Assembly: GCA_025839675.1 (NCBI GenBank)
Contig: CP104013.1
Location: forward strand, 4,110,001-4,142,000
DNA: 32,000 nucleotides
Origin: Candidatus Lokiarchaeum ossiferum
GTDB taxonomy: Archaea > Asgardarchaeota > Lokiarchaeia > Sigyniarchaeales > Promethearchaeaceae
Direction: 5' to 3'
Part shown: piece by piece, positions 17,489 through 27,632 of the stretch
How positions within the stretch are numbered: position 1 is the first letter of the stretch
Layout: each line of letters begins with the position of its first letter
Notes under the pieces: generated by a model
Database searches by the model: none
What the model was told of the DNA's origin: nothing
What the model saw: the letters and a program-made list of their open reading frames with translations, nothing else
Program-made: the position numbers and the translations under genes

Positions 17489-18154
17489 ATGAGTCTTTTA
17501 CAAGTCATTCGAACCACGTTTCTGGTCATTACTACCCTCATTGGAGTCTATTCCTCCGTGAAAATTATCCAGAAAAATAAAACTTTGATGAATTATTTAA
17601 TGGCGGCCTATACCTTTCTGATTGGATTATATACGTTCACCGTAATCCTATATGATTTCATTACTGAATTGGTCTATTTCTTGATTCCCTTCGGAATTTT
17701 AGCGTTATTTTTATCTACTCTTTCCATCTATTTCTCAGTTCAGTGTATGCTTAAATCCCAAGAATGGTTTGATAAGAAAGAGCGTTGGATTCCGTTTCTA
17801 ATTCTTTGGGTGGCATATGCAATTATTCTGTATTCTGTGGATCTTGTAACTATCGTGAGTAATGATGATGTGATTAACACTCAAGTAGAAATGTGGCCGC
17901 TCTTAATAGGCATTGTATTCATTATGTTTTTCTTGATTTTCACCTTAGTTAATTTGTTTCAAGCCTCTAAAGCCTTTGAAACTCCCAATCAAAAAGTTCA
18001 GTTGTTCATTTATTCTGTGAGTATCAATATAGTTGCTGTAATTGTCAGTGTTATTTCCCAAGTTGTTACTGATGGAGGTTATATCGATTTAGTATTTTAC
18101 ATGTTGATTTCCATATCGGCATTAATCATGTTAAAAGTGTTTAATTCCAAATAG
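17489..18154 (+). CDS. 7-TM membrane protein, unknown function
   Basis: 221 aa with seven evenly spaced hydrophobic helices. A GGAG-containing purine tract (AAAAGGAGA) lies about 10 nt upstream of the ATG. Confidence 0.65.
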   Translation: MSLLQVIRTTFLVITTLIGVYSSVKIIQKNKTLMNYLMAAYTFLIGLYTFTVILYDFITELVYFLIPFGILALFLSTLSIYFSVQCMLKSQEWFDKKERWIPFLILWVAYAIILYSVDLVTIVSNDDVINTQVEMWPLLIGIVFIMFFLIFTLVNLFQASKAFETPNQKVQLFIYSVSINIVAVIVSVISQVVTDGGYIDLVFYMLISISALIMLKVFNSK

Positions 18155-18172
18155 AAAAAAAATATGCTTTGG

Positions 18173-18183
18173 TTTTTTTTTTT
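18173..18183 (+). terminator. oligo-T (T11) terminator after 17489..18154
   Basis: T11 lies 19 nt after the stop codon. Confidence 0.45.
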
Positions 18184-18309
18184 ATTTCTACATTTACCCT
18201 TACTTGTATCCATTCTCACATGAATCCGAAAATGGAATAAAAATTTCCGTATTTCTGTGATAGAAAGGATCAAAAGTTCGACTTTAAGTCGATAATATCT
18301 TTATAGATT

Positions 18310-18319
18310 AAAAAAAAAA
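18310..18319 (-). terminator. oligo-T (T10 on the minus strand) terminator after srp54
   Basis: An A10 run on the + strand lies about 36 nt downstream (minus-strand sense) of the srp54 stop. Confidence 0.45.
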
Positions 18320-18355
18320 GAAATCTAAATAACAATTTCATTCTTCATTTTTCTC

Positions 18356-19744
18356 TTATGTTAAATCTTTAAAACTTGAAAAATCAGGAATCCCTCTTTT
18401 TCCTTTTGAATTCATTCGATCTCGTTTTCCAGGTCGTTTTGGTTTTAGAAATTCACGCATTGTTTTGTTTAGTTGCGACCATTGTTTCAATAGAGCTTTG
18501 ACGTCCGAATATGTAGTACCACTGCCCTTCGCTATTCGATCGATGCGTGATCGCTTAATTTGTGCTGGATTGTCCCGTTCATAAGGTGTCATGGAGTTCA
18601 TGATCACTTCAATTCGATCCAAATTATCTTCCGCTACATCTTTCAATTCTTTTGGGATATTTGCTTTTCCGAAAAACCCTAATAATTTTTTTAATCCTCC
18701 CATCTTCCCAATAGATTTCAATTGAAGATACATATCATTTAATGTCATTTTTCCCCTTCGCATTCGTTTTTCTTGATCCTTATCAGGTTCAATTCCAACT
18801 TCGTCCATTTTCTTCATCAAACCTTGCAGATCCGGGATTCCCATTAAAGTTCCAACAAAACTAGTCGGATGAAATTTATCAAGATCGTCAACACGTTCTC
18901 CTACCCCAATGAATTTAATTGGTGCATTAGTTGCAGCTGCTGCTGAAAGGGCGCCTCCACCTTTTGCAGAACCGTCGAGTTTAGTTATAATTATGCTACC
19001 TACGTGAGTACTCTCTGAAAAAGCTTTGGCTTGAGAATATGCTTGTTGTCCCAATGTACCATCAATCACTAAAATCGTTTCATTGGGTTTTATTATTTTT
19101 TCAAGTTTTTGCATCTCTGCCATTAGCCCTGATTCATTCTTGTGACGGCCAGCGGTGTCAATAATAATGAGATCTGTTTTATCCTTTCCAGGCTTTGAAA
19201 ATAATTTAATCCCTTTTCTTGCTAATTTGATCGAGCTTGATTCTTTAGGATTTCCATAGTATTTTACTCCTATTGAATCCATAGTTTGAGCCATTTGTTC
19301 ATAAGCACCAGGTCGATCAGTGTCTGTACAAATTGCACCAACCTTAAAACCATTTTTAGAATAGAAATTTGCTAATTTTCCTACGGTTGTCGTTTTTCCT
19401 GATCCTTGAATTCCTATCAATAAGATAATGGTTTGTTTTCCAGTTTTAATGCGTTTTGGTGCATCTTTTCCTCCTAAAAGATTGATCAATTCATCGTGCA
19501 GAATTTTAATGATAAATTCCCTCCGATCGATCTTCTTATTTATTTCTTGATCCATTGCTCGTTTTCTAATGTTTTCCGTCACTTGAAAGCAAATCTCTAC
19601 TTTTACATCTGCCATTAATAAACTCCGTTGTAATTCCAAGAGTATTGCATCTATTGCATTTTTGTCTATTTCTGGTAGATGTCGGACCTTTCGAATTAGT
19701 CCATCCAATGTTTTTCCAAAGTTTTCTAGTACCACAGTTCTCAC
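18356..19744 (-). CDS. srp54: signal recognition particle protein SRP54
   Basis: 462 aa. The N domain carries an archaeal-type start '(M)[19 protein letters not shown]'. GTPase motifs are [15 protein letters not shown] (G1), DTAGR (G3) and [10 protein letters not shown] (G4). The C-terminal M domain is Met/Lys/Arg-rich ([14 protein letters not shown]...). The start is GTG at 19744. A TATA-like TTTAAAAATT (complement of about 19764-19773) sits about 25 nt upstream. Confidence 0.95.
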   Translation of the reverse strand: MRTVVLENFGKTLDGLIRKVRHLPEIDKNAIDAILLELQRSLLMADVKVEICFQVTENIRKRAMDQEINKKIDRREFIIKILHDELINLLGGKDAPKRIKTGKQTIILLIGIQGSGKTTTVGKLANFYSKNGFKVGAICTDTDRPGAYEQMAQTMDSIGVKYYGNPKESSSIKLARKGIKLFSKPGKDKTDLIIIDTAGRHKNESGLMAEMQKLEKIIKPNETILVIDGTLGQQAYSQAKAFSESTHVGSIIITKLDGSAKGGGALSAAAATNAPIKFIGVGERVDDLDKFHPTSFVGTLMGIPDLQGLMKKMDEVGIEPDKDQEKRMRRGKMTLNDMYLQLKSIGKMGGLKKLLGFFGKANIPKELKDVAEDNLDRIEVIMNSMTPYERDNPAQIKRSRIDRIAKGSGTTYSDVKALLKQWSQLNKTMREFLKPKRPGKRDRMNSKGKRGIPDFSSFKDLT

Positions 19745-20015
19745 GTATCAACAAAATAGATCAAATTTTTAAAGGAGTGATTATGTAATTAACATTATGT
19801 TAACATACAATTCTGTCTAAAAACGGATGCATTCTGGATCTTTTTAAATTAATTAAAGAAGGTTTTTTTTTCAACATCACTCTAATTATCATCCAATCTC
19901 CCTCACATTTGAAAAAAGAGTCATTTTTCACTATTTCGAGGTAAAATTGCTAAAAAGATCAATATTTCCTCTTTTCCCAAAAGTTATATTTCAAACTGAA
20001 TAGAATTAACATGCG

Positions 20016-20921
20016 ATGAAAGTTGCAATCTTTTATTTTTCGGCTACTGGTGTTACCCACCAGATTGCGCAAGAAATCCAAAATAATCTTCAAATTCAAG
20101 ATAGTAATGACCCCATTATTGTTAATATGTTCAATATCCTTTATCCTTCAGTTCAAGCAAAAAGCGTGATTTTTTCGGATTATGATGTCTGTTTTTTTGG
20201 GTTTCCAGTATACGCAGGAAGACTACCGAGAATTGCTGAAGAATGGTTTTTAAAACAAAAAGGAGAATCTTGTCCCTGCGCGATGTTTTTTACGTATGGA
20301 GGAAGGCTTCTGGAAAATGCCAATCAAGTAACATACCATTTACTCACCCGTGCCAATTTCCGCCCTATATTATCCGCAGAATTTTTAGGACGTCATTCTT
20401 TCAATGTCGCTAAAGGGTGGAAACTTTGTGAAGATCGCCCAAATGCGGAAGATTTCCATATCGCGCGCGAATTTAGCCAAAAAGCTATTGAGTTAATTCG
20501 AAATCCCGAAGTTCATTTTCAAATTAATATGGATGATTTTCATTACACTCCTGCAGTTTTATCTACTTCAACTCAGCGTTCTGCTTTTCATCCCTCCCGC
20601 TTTGGTGAAGGTTGCAGTATGTGTCGGCAGTGTGAAATTGAATGCCCCGTCAATGCCATGAATGCGGATACTGGAGAAGTGCATTTAGCCACTTGTCTAC
20701 AGTGTATGCATTGTGTTTCGATTTGTCCGGATCACGTTCTAAAAATTGATGATGTTACCGAAAAATTTCCAAATTTCATGAATCGCTGGCACTTAACCTC
20801 GGAAATTGTTGCAAAGAAGCAAAGTCTGTTTTATTCATCATATCCAGAAAAAAAAATGTTGTTAGCAAGCGAAAATCAGCATCGAAATAATACCATTCAT
20901 TTTTTCGGTGAAAAGATATGA
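20016..20921 (+). CDS. flavodoxin-like domain fused to a 2x[4Fe-4S] ferredoxin domain (EFR1-type)
   Basis: The N-terminus MKVAIFYFSATGVTHQIAQEI...FGFPVYAGRLP is a flavodoxin-like fold pattern. The C-terminal part has two CxxCxxCxxxCP motifs: CSMCRQCEIECPVNA and CLQCMHCVSICPDHV. Confidence 0.8.
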   Translation: MKVAIFYFSATGVTHQIAQEIQNNLQIQDSNDPIIVNMFNILYPSVQAKSVIFSDYDVCFFGFPVYAGRLPRIAEEWFLKQKGESCPCAMFFTYGGRLLENANQVTYHLLTRANFRPILSAEFLGRHSFNVAKGWKLCEDRPNAEDFHIAREFSQKAIELIRNPEVHFQINMDDFHYTPAVLSTSTQRSAFHPSRFGEGCSMCRQCEIECPVNAMNADTGEVHLATCLQCMHCVSICPDHVLKIDDVTEKFPNFMNRWHLTSEIVAKKQSLFYSSYPEKKMLLASENQHRNNTIHFFGEKI

Positions 20922-21580
20922 ATTTTTTTTATAACATTTCACAGGTTTCAATCATGGTTAGATTATCAACTCCCCCAAATAAAAATAAATTACAAAATCT
21001 GTCTCTTAATGTGAGCTATTCTCCTCGAGAAAAAAATATTCTTTTTACTACATCTGGAATTTTCATATCAACTCTTATTGGATGGGTTTTTTTTCTAAAA
21101 AACCAAATGAATGGTTTTGAATTCATTATTGGATTCATATTGGTCTTTTCTTTAGTCGTTGTAATCGATTTAATTCGATTTAAGATTGTTAAGTGCGTTA
21201 GAATTGAATTCATGAACGAAGGATTATTTCTAACCGACAATGCAGGTAATAGATTTTTTATTAGTCACCAAGTTATTAAAGGTTTAGATATTTCCCAAAG
21301 AGTTTCAAACATATCTTTTACTTTGATAACATCTAAACGCTCTGTAACCCTAAGAATATATGTTCAAGATGAGCGCCCATTGCTGATAACTGGAATTTGT
21401 GATACCTCTGTTTTTTCTGACAACCAATATAGCTATTATTCCATCGTGCAGTACTGTTTGAAAGTTTACAACATTGAAAATTCAAACTCACATATTCAAT
21501 CCATAATTAAATCAATAATATTTGTATTTTCTCTCATATTATTCTCCGCGTTTGTAATTTCTCTTCTCTTATTTAAATAA
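20918..21580 (+). CDS. membrane protein (2 N-terminal TM, beta-rich middle domain, C-terminal TM), unknown function
   Basis: Its start overlaps the upstream stop (ATGA at 20918-20921), suggesting co-transcription and translational coupling. The 2-TM-plus-beta-domain layout is reminiscent of bacterial PH (YdbS/YdbT-like) proteins, but this is weak. Confidence 0.5.
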   Translation: MNFFYNISQVSIMVRLSTPPNKNKLQNLSLNVSYSPREKNILFTTSGIFISTLIGWVFFLKNQMNGFEFIIGFILVFSLVVVIDLIRFKIVKCVRIEFMNEGLFLTDNAGNRFFISHQVIKGLDISQRVSNISFTLITSKRSVTLRIYVQDERPLLITGICDTSVFSDNQYSYYSIVQYCLKVYNIENSNSHIQSIIKSIIFVFSLILFSAFVISLLLFK

Positions 21581-21943
21581 GTCTGCTACTCTTGTTTTGT
21601 TTACAGTAAAATATACGTCTACTCCTGTTTTCGAACACTTTCAAGATATTTTAAATTTCAAGGCGCTTTTTTGCGAATCCAAGAACATAAATTTGGAGTA
21701 TATGGAAGAAAGTTTGACTTCAGATTCGGCTGAAATCGACCATTGGAAGGAAATTAATCTAATGATCAATATTGCCCTCATTCTGGATGAAATTGATCAA
21801 TTAAGCAAATATAACAATTATGGGCAACGAATGTGTCATCTCATGTTCTTCCCGCAGACCATCCGCTACACTCGGTTTTCTTAACGAAAAAGAAAATTGA
21901 AGTCTCTTAAATTGCTAAAATTTTCTTAAAAGATAGAAAAGAA

Positions 21944-22019
21944 TGGAGCCAGCCATGAGATTTGCACTCATGCAAAGAGGATCTGCAGTCCCCCGCCTTA
22001 ACTACTTGGCTAGGCTGGC
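21944..22019 (-). tRNA. tRNA-Cys (anticodon GCA), 76 nt, CCA encoded, no intron
   Basis: The reverse complement folds by hand into a standard-numbered cloverleaf. Acceptor GCCAGCC/GGCTGGC (7/7 Watson-Crick). D arm GCC(A)-AGTAGTTA-(A)GGC. Anticodon stem GGGGA/TCCTC with loop CT-GCA-GA. Variable loop TTTGC. T stem ATGAG/CTCAT with loop TGCAAAT. Discriminator U73 (the tRNA-Cys identity base), then CCA. It stands out as a GC-rich island in AT-rich spacer. Confidence 0.85.
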
Positions 22020-22247
22020 AAATGAAAAATAAAATACAAAGATACCAATACATGATATTTATTAAAATTTATGATATTCAAAGAGAAATGGGGAATTATA
22101 ATAAGACTCCAAATCTGTGGATGCTTGTGAAATAGGTTTATGGGTCAAAAAGAAGTGTTTTAAAGTGAATTTCCTTCAATAACAAGGAACAAAATTCTAA
22201 AAATGACATACCAACAAATATAAGGAATAAAAATCCTAATTAATGAG

Positions 22248-22991
22248 ATGAATGCTTTTTCTTTGCAAGTTGATCCGCACTTAAAGGAAAATTTTGGCCT
22301 AAATTCCTACAAAAACATAGGATGTATGAAATTTAAGATCAAAGATCCTGAATTAAATAAGCAAGTCATGGCCCGGAGCAAGTTTTCAAATGTATTGTCC
22401 TATAAGAAAATTAAACGCTTAGCCAAAGTTGAATCCGAAAACCTTTGCTATTTATGCGAAAACTTTGGATTAGATTTATGTCCTTTTTCAAAAAGTCAAA
22501 TCGAAAGTAAACTTCTAGAAGATCAACATCAAAAAACAAAATGTTCAATATGTGGAAATCGACCCAAGAATTTCCACGATCTTCTGTTTTATACTAAACA
22601 TCCTGATTTAATCTGTTTTACATGCTATCGGGCGATGGAAAAAGGAGTTCTATTTCAATATCTTAAACAAAAATTAAGAATAACTACTTCAGGAATGTTA
22701 TCCGCTCCTATAAGCTCATTAATTATCATTTATATTGTGTTTGGAGGAAAAATCCCATTTCTTGACATGATAAAACCAAATTGGTTATATTTGACAGTAT
22801 TTATCCTAATTAGCTTCTTAATTGGGTTTTCCCCCTTTATTCTTATTCCTATTTATAAGAAAAGGAAGTTACTTCGGATTGAATCTGCAGCAGAGAAGTA
22901 CAGTTATCAAGAACAGGATCTAACTGAATATTCCTATGATAAAATTATAAAAATCCTTTTCACTCCTGAGATCAAACCACGAAGTGAATAA
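22248..22991 (+). CDS. zinc-ribbon-like Cys-motif protein with two C-terminal TM helices
   Basis: 247 aa. CxxC pairs: 'CYLCENFGLDLC' and 'CSICGNRP...(20 aa)...CFTCYRAM'. These are followed by two hydrophobic helices (LSAPISSLIIIYIVFGG; WLYLTVFILISFLIGFSPFILIPIY). Confidence 0.6.
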   Translation: MNAFSLQVDPHLKENFGLNSYKNIGCMKFKIKDPELNKQVMARSKFSNVLSYKKIKRLAKVESENLCYLCENFGLDLCPFSKSQIESKLLEDQHQKTKCSICGNRPKNFHDLLFYTKHPDLICFTCYRAMEKGVLFQYLKQKLRITTSGMLSAPISSLIIIYIVFGGKIPFLDMIKPNWLYLTVFILISFLIGFSPFILIPIYKKRKLLRIESAAEKYSYQEQDLTEYSYDKIIKILFTPEIKPRSE

Positions 22992-23237
22992 AATTGCTCC
23001 TTGTTGAAAGTAAAAGATTTCTTCAAAAGTAATATCAAATTCGTTATTCAAATTAAATAAATTCTCCATTTATTGCGCGAGAATTTTGCTGTAATTAGCA
23101 CTTATTATTACCAGACGAAAAATTCGATATAATTGATGTAACCAGTTCAAAAATTAGAAGAAAGACAAAAATATTCTTAGATTTTTTTTGTAATTAGAAT
23201 TTTAAATGGTGGGGAGTAATTATGTCATTTGTGTAAA

Positions 23238-25343
23238 ATGAATTTCAAAAAAAAAATGTTACAGTTAATTTTCATCGCTTGGATAATTCCCCCGTTAGTT
23301 TGGTTTGGTATGAATTTACTTGCTCAACTTTGGACTTTTGATGAATTGATCATATTGCTGACTACATTTCAAGTCCCTCTCATCGTTGTAGGTGTAACAA
23401 CAAGCGTGATGGTTTTTAGCAATCATTTCATAACCCGAATAGAGAATTATCTGAAGTCACCAGATAAGGATAATGAATTAATGATTCAAAACATCATAGC
23501 GCGTTTCCCAATTTGGTTATTCCTCATATATCTTGTTTATTGTTTTGGAGGACCCGCTCTTGGTCTGGTAAATAGGTTTTTTGAACCACGAGAAGTCGTT
23601 TTTTCCATTTTCTTAGGTTTTCCAACAATAATGTTGACTCTTATTCCTTTTTTAATAAAAATAATTTACATGTTGTCTGAATGGACAATTGAAATTCCTT
23701 TACCTGAGAAGCGAATGTCAATTTCAGTGAAAATGCGTATTATTCTTATGGCTTTTTTTACTATAATAGGAATTAGTTTGACCATTTTTTTGTCGACGTT
23801 GGCATTGATAAATGCAAATCTGGGATCAAATGAGGATATCTTTGGAGTTATTCTCCGAAAAATAGGTCTAATTTTGTGCATTTTCTTAGGTCTTAGCATT
23901 TTCAATGTAGTTTATATGTCCCAGATAATTTCAAAATCGATAATTAAATGTGCCGATATATCTGCTGCAATTGCATTAGGGGATTATAATCAGAAATTAG
24001 AGAAAGAATCGCGGGATGAGTTAGGATATCTAATGAATTCATTAAGTACGATGACACTTTCAATAAAAAAGAACATTGAACTAAATCGACTCTTTTTCGA
24101 TTCAACAGATGCGCCAATGATTTATTTAAATTCAGAATTGGTGATTCAAGATATTAGTAAATCCTTGGTTGAGTTGAGTAAAATTCCTAAAAATAGGTAT
24201 ATTGGTAGTGATTTAAGGCAAATATTCCAAAATTCAAGTGATTATGAACTTAGTGTAGAAAGTCTTAAAGTTCAGGATAAAATAGAAAACTATGAATTTA
24301 TACTGAAATCCAATCAACAAAAGAAAAAAATTTGCTCTATAAATGCAGAGATTCTCATTTCTTCAGCAAATAAAAAGATTGGGTATTTAGTCACATTGAT
24401 CGATATGTCGAAGATAAAACACCTTATTGAAAATGTATCAACAATTTCTGAACAAGTCACTCAAATGGCCCATGAAATCGCAGAGTCTTCAAATCAAGTA
24501 AATGAAACTGTCCAGAATATCTCTGAAGAGACTCAAAATGTCTCTCACACTGCTCAAATGCAAGTTGAACAATTGAATCAAATATCAAGAGCAATTCAAG
24601 AGATTCAAACATCAAGTAAAAATAATGTAGGTGGGATGGAGGATATCGTAAAGCAATCGAAAGCTGGGCAAGAAATGGCCAAAAAAAGCAAAAATTTAAC
24701 AGTTGATTTGTCTGTCAAAATGACTGAAATCAATAGTGGGGCTCAAAATGTCTCAAAAACTATGATTGCTCTTGAAAAAATTAGCAAGGATATCAATAAA
24801 ATTGTAGAGTCAATTTCAAGTATTGCCACAGAAACTAATCTTCTGGCATTGAATGCTGCAATTGAAGCGGCTAGGGCTGGAGATGCTGGAAAAGGATTTG
24901 CTGTTGTTGCAGAACAAGTGAGAACCTTGGCTGAAGATTCAAAAAAAGCTACTAATCAGATAACTGAGTTAATTAGTGTCATTCAGAAAGAAGTTCTGGA
25001 TGCTGCTAAATCAACCAATATAACTGTTCAATCCATTGTAGATGGATTAAATGCTTTGAACTTAACAAAAGCTCAATTAGATGAACTTTTTATAATCATT
25101 GATTCAACGGATACAGGAATAAATCAATCTATAAATAATATTAATGTTCAGGATGGAAAGATCCAGCAAATTGTATCAAATATTGATCGCATTGGAGAGT
25201 TGATTAACAGCAATTCAATATCTGTTCAACAATTATCCTCGACAACGGAAGAAATGTCTTCCATCTTGGAAGAAACCTCTGCAGCATCAGAGGAATTAAA
25301 CGCCGCTTCAGTGAATTTATTCACCGAAATAAAACAATTGTAA
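23238..25343 (+). CDS. methyl-accepting chemotaxis protein (6-TM input module, HAMP, PAS, MCP signalling domain)
   Basis: The ORF is open from TTG 23229; ATG 23238 is preferred. Six TM helices (aa 10-235). HAMP-like [33 protein letters not shown]-like aa about 285-395. The highly conserved MCP hairpin core is [44 protein letters not shown]. Confidence 0.9.
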   Translation: MNFKKKMLQLIFIAWIIPPLVWFGMNLLAQLWTFDELIILLTTFQVPLIVVGVTTSVMVFSNHFITRIENYLKSPDKDNELMIQNIIARFPIWLFLIYLVYCFGGPALGLVNRFFEPREVVFSIFLGFPTIMLTLIPFLIKIIYMLSEWTIEIPLPEKRMSISVKMRIILMAFFTIIGISLTIFLSTLALINANLGSNEDIFGVILRKIGLILCIFLGLSIFNVVYMSQIISKSIIKCADISAAIALGDYNQKLEKESRDELGYLMNSLSTMTLSIKKNIELNRLFFDSTDAPMIYLNSELVIQDISKSLVELSKIPKNRYIGSDLRQIFQNSSDYELSVESLKVQDKIENYEFILKSNQQKKKICSINAEILISSANKKIGYLVTLIDMSKIKHLIENVSTISEQVTQMAHEIAESSNQVNETVQNISEETQNVSHTAQMQVEQLNQISRAIQEIQTSSKNNVGGMEDIVKQSKAGQEMAKKSKNLTVDLSVKMTEINSGAQNVSKTMIALEKISKDINKIVESISSIATETNLLALNAAIEAARAGDAGKGFAVVAEQVRTLAEDSKKATNQITELISVIQKEVLDAAKSTNITVQSIVDGLNALNLTKAQLDELFIIIDSTDTGINQSINNINVQDGKIQQIVSNIDRIGELINSNSISVQQLSSTTEEMSSILEETSAASEELNAASVNLFTEIKQL

Positions 25344-25359
25344 TTTTTCTTTAAATTTC

Positions 25360-25384
25360 TGTAAAAGGAAAAAAAATTTTTACA
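25360..25384 (+). terminator. A/T-only hairpin (TGTAAAA-11 nt-TTTTACA) after the MCP gene
   Basis: A perfect 7-bp inverted repeat lies 17 nt after the stop, preceded by T5 at 25344-25348. The stem is all A/T, so it is weak. Confidence 0.3.
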
Positions 25385-25520
25385 TGAATATCCTTTAAGC
25401 CTGGACCTTGGACTAAGCCCATACCTAAAGAGGGATTTCCTTCATCTCCTTGATTGGTTAAGAAAAATGCTAAAATAGAAAGTGGATTGAATATACGTAG
25501 AATTGAGTTGAATACCAAAT

Positions 25521-27461
25521 TTATTCATTTTCCAGTTGAAAAGAATTGAAAAGTACATTGGTTATATTTACCCTATCTTTTTCACAAACAAAACAACTCG
25601 CATCTAAAGAGTGTGTTAAAATATCTTTAGAACCATATTGATTAGCATTGAAATTTTTAAGAAATTGCTTGATTTTCGATTGTGCGAAATAGCTGTTCCC
25701 TTTGAAAATGTAGCAAAAAACAAATGGGGGGGCTCGAGCTAACGCTAGAAAACTGTCTCCAATGATGGCACGATCAAAGGAATCTGCGAATAATTCCGTA
25801 CAAAAGGAGTTCATGGCTGAGAGAAACGCACTAAGCATTTGCTCATCAATACTAAGCGAATGAGAAAATGAATGTTTATATAATGCAGTCCCAGTTTCAT
25901 TCATAATAACAAATAAAAGAGGTTGTTCTTCTTTGACCTCACTATTTGTATATCCTTTTTCTAAGTTCATGACTGCTATTTGTTCCTGAATTCCGGAATA
26001 TTGAACCCGTTCTGATAGTCCAGCCTTGGTATTTTTCATTTCCATCAATTTGGATTCTTCTAGTAATATTTTATCATGTTCGTTGGACACATGAATGGCT
26101 AGTTTAGTTAGACCATTTTTTTCCGCAATTTTTTGAGCCTCAATTAAAAACTTCCGGCTTTCAATAAAATCAAGTAATATCAATGATAATTTAGCACGTA
26201 ATAACAAAGTTTCACCTAATATAGAATGTGACCCACTTTTTTTTGCAATATGTTGTAACCGGGTGATTAATTCATCAATTTCAGTAATTATTTCTTGTTC
26301 ATTAGTCGTTTTTAGATCAGTGATAAGTAATTCACACAAATTTATGATTGCATGAATCATATAATCAAACTCATAATTTTTTTCTTGAACAAGGTCTAGG
26401 AGTATAGTTTGGGCTTGATATCGATCTCGAGCTCGATGACTTGCCTTTAAAATGAAAGCTTGCGCAATTTTGAATCGGAAAATAAGGTTTTTTGATTGTT
26501 CGATTTCTACAATTTTTTCAAACTGGAGTAAATATTGTTGAGCTTCTTCAATATTCTGCTGTTCTAGCAAAGTTCGAATGATACTAAAAATGATATTTGT
26601 CATCCTATAATTATTTCCAAGTTTTTCTCCAATATTGATTGCTTGGAGTAAATAGTGATGCGATTGCTCCAAATCACCCAATTGGCGGTAAATATTTCCT
26701 ATGTTATCTAAAATTGAGCAATATAGGGATATATTCTCCGTTTTACTAATAATCTCAGAACTTTTCTTTAAATAACTTAAAGCTTTTTCAAAATGCCCTA
26801 TTCGCTGATATATCCATCCAATATTGTTGTAAATTATTGTCAAATATGAAATATCATTGATTTCACGACAATTTTCTTCAGCTTCCATTAAAAATTGCAA
26901 TCCAACGTCAATTTGTCCTGCTGCATTATTAATTACAGATTTTGAAACTAATAACTTGGCGATTTCTTTTTTGTTGCCAAATTTCCTTTGTTTTTGTAAA
27001 AGATCATCTAATAAAGTGGTTGAGCTGTCATAACTCCCCTTAGTCCATAAAATTGCACAATAATAGTATCCTAGCATTGCTTCCCGTTTTGTAACTTCCT
27101 TTTGGGAGATATCATGTAAGGCGGATATTAGTTGTTGACCAAATTCAATATATTTCAATGCTTGCTCTAATTTACCCGATCGGTAGTATGATTCGACACA
27201 TTCTATTATAAAATCTAAGGAAATGAGTGGAAATCCTTCTAGTTGGCATTTACGGTAAAATTCCAACGCAAGTGTTATTACTTCTTGATAGTTTGCTTTT
27301 AAATTTAGTATTCTTATATGTTCGAGTTTTATCAGAAATCGATTTTGCTTTGAGAGTTCATATTTTTCATCTAATTCTTTAATAATTAGCAACGCTTCAT
27401 TATATTTGCAAAGATTGAATAGGTTTTTGATTTTTTCATATTTTTTGGTAAAATCAACCAT
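25521..27461 (-). CDS. TPR-repeat scaffold protein with a C-terminal roadblock/longin-like alpha/beta domain
   Basis: 646 aa. About 480 aa of TPR-like helical repeats (e.g. YNNIGWIYQRIGHFEKALSYLKKS, LDNIGNIYRQLGDLEQSHHYLLQAINI). After a linker, the C-terminal domain reads PLLFVIMNETGTALYKHSF / IDEQMLSAFLSAMNSFCTELF / DRAIIGDSFLALARA / FVFCYIFKGN / YFAQSKIKQFLKNF. This has the same secondary-structure order as the C-terminus of 1610..2755. Confidence 0.8.
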   Translation of the reverse strand: MVDFTKKYEKIKNLFNLCKYNEALLIIKELDEKYELSKQNRFLIKLEHIRILNLKANYQEVITLALEFYRKCQLEGFPLISLDFIIECVESYYRSGKLEQALKYIEFGQQLISALHDISQKEVTKREAMLGYYYCAILWTKGSYDSSTTLLDDLLQKQRKFGNKKEIAKLLVSKSVINNAAGQIDVGLQFLMEAEENCREINDISYLTIIYNNIGWIYQRIGHFEKALSYLKKSSEIISKTENISLYCSILDNIGNIYRQLGDLEQSHHYLLQAINIGEKLGNNYRMTNIIFSIIRTLLEQQNIEEAQQYLLQFEKIVEIEQSKNLIFRFKIAQAFILKASHRARDRYQAQTILLDLVQEKNYEFDYMIHAIINLCELLITDLKTTNEQEIITEIDELITRLQHIAKKSGSHSILGETLLLRAKLSLILLDFIESRKFLIEAQKIAEKNGLTKLAIHVSNEHDKILLEESKLMEMKNTKAGLSERVQYSGIQEQIAVMNLEKGYTNSEVKEEQPLLFVIMNETGTALYKHSFSHSLSIDEQMLSAFLSAMNSFCTELFADSFDRAIIGDSFLALARAPPFVFCYIFKGNSYFAQSKIKQFLKNFNANQYGSKDILTHSLDASCFVCEKDRVNITNVLFNSFQLENE

Positions 27462-27632
27462 CTAAATTCAAGTAAGGTTTTTTTATCTTAAATAAATTTA
27501 TAGATTTTTTGCAATGAAAAGTATAAAAAACATATTTGTAGAGATGAAGTTGTTGATTTTCTCTCTCCTTTTTGCCATGCCCCTTATCTGCTCTGGTTTT
27601 TTCTTAATCTCAAAGGGTTTTAAAGGGTAGCA

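Noticed and set aside
17489-18154. Possibility that the stand-alone 7-TM protein is a microbial rhodopsin or heliorhodopsin.
   Set aside because: The only Lys in the last helix (…ALIMLKVFNSK) sits at the cytoplasmic end rather than mid-helix. None of the retinal-pocket motifs (e.g. DTD/NDQ in TM3, WxxY, SDxxxK) are visible.
21597-21884. 95-aa ORF (TTG start) between the membrane protein gene and tRNA-Cys.
   Set aside because: It has a non-ATG start, no recognisable motif and no TM or signal features. It might be real from the internal ATG (MEESLTSD...), but I cannot support it from sequence alone.
14540-22019. Functional linkage between cysS and tRNA-Cys, which lie 6 kb apart.
   Set aside because: They are separated by six unrelated genes in mixed orientation. 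The proximity is most simply coincidental.
25385-25450. Relatively GC-richer patch (AAGCC-TGGAC-CT-TGGAC-T-AAGCC) between the convergent MCP and TPR genes, considered as a small RNA or tRNA fragment.
   Set aside because: The repeats are direct and swapped rather than inverted. I could not fold a convincing stem-loop or cloverleaf, and the only ORFs are under 25 aa.
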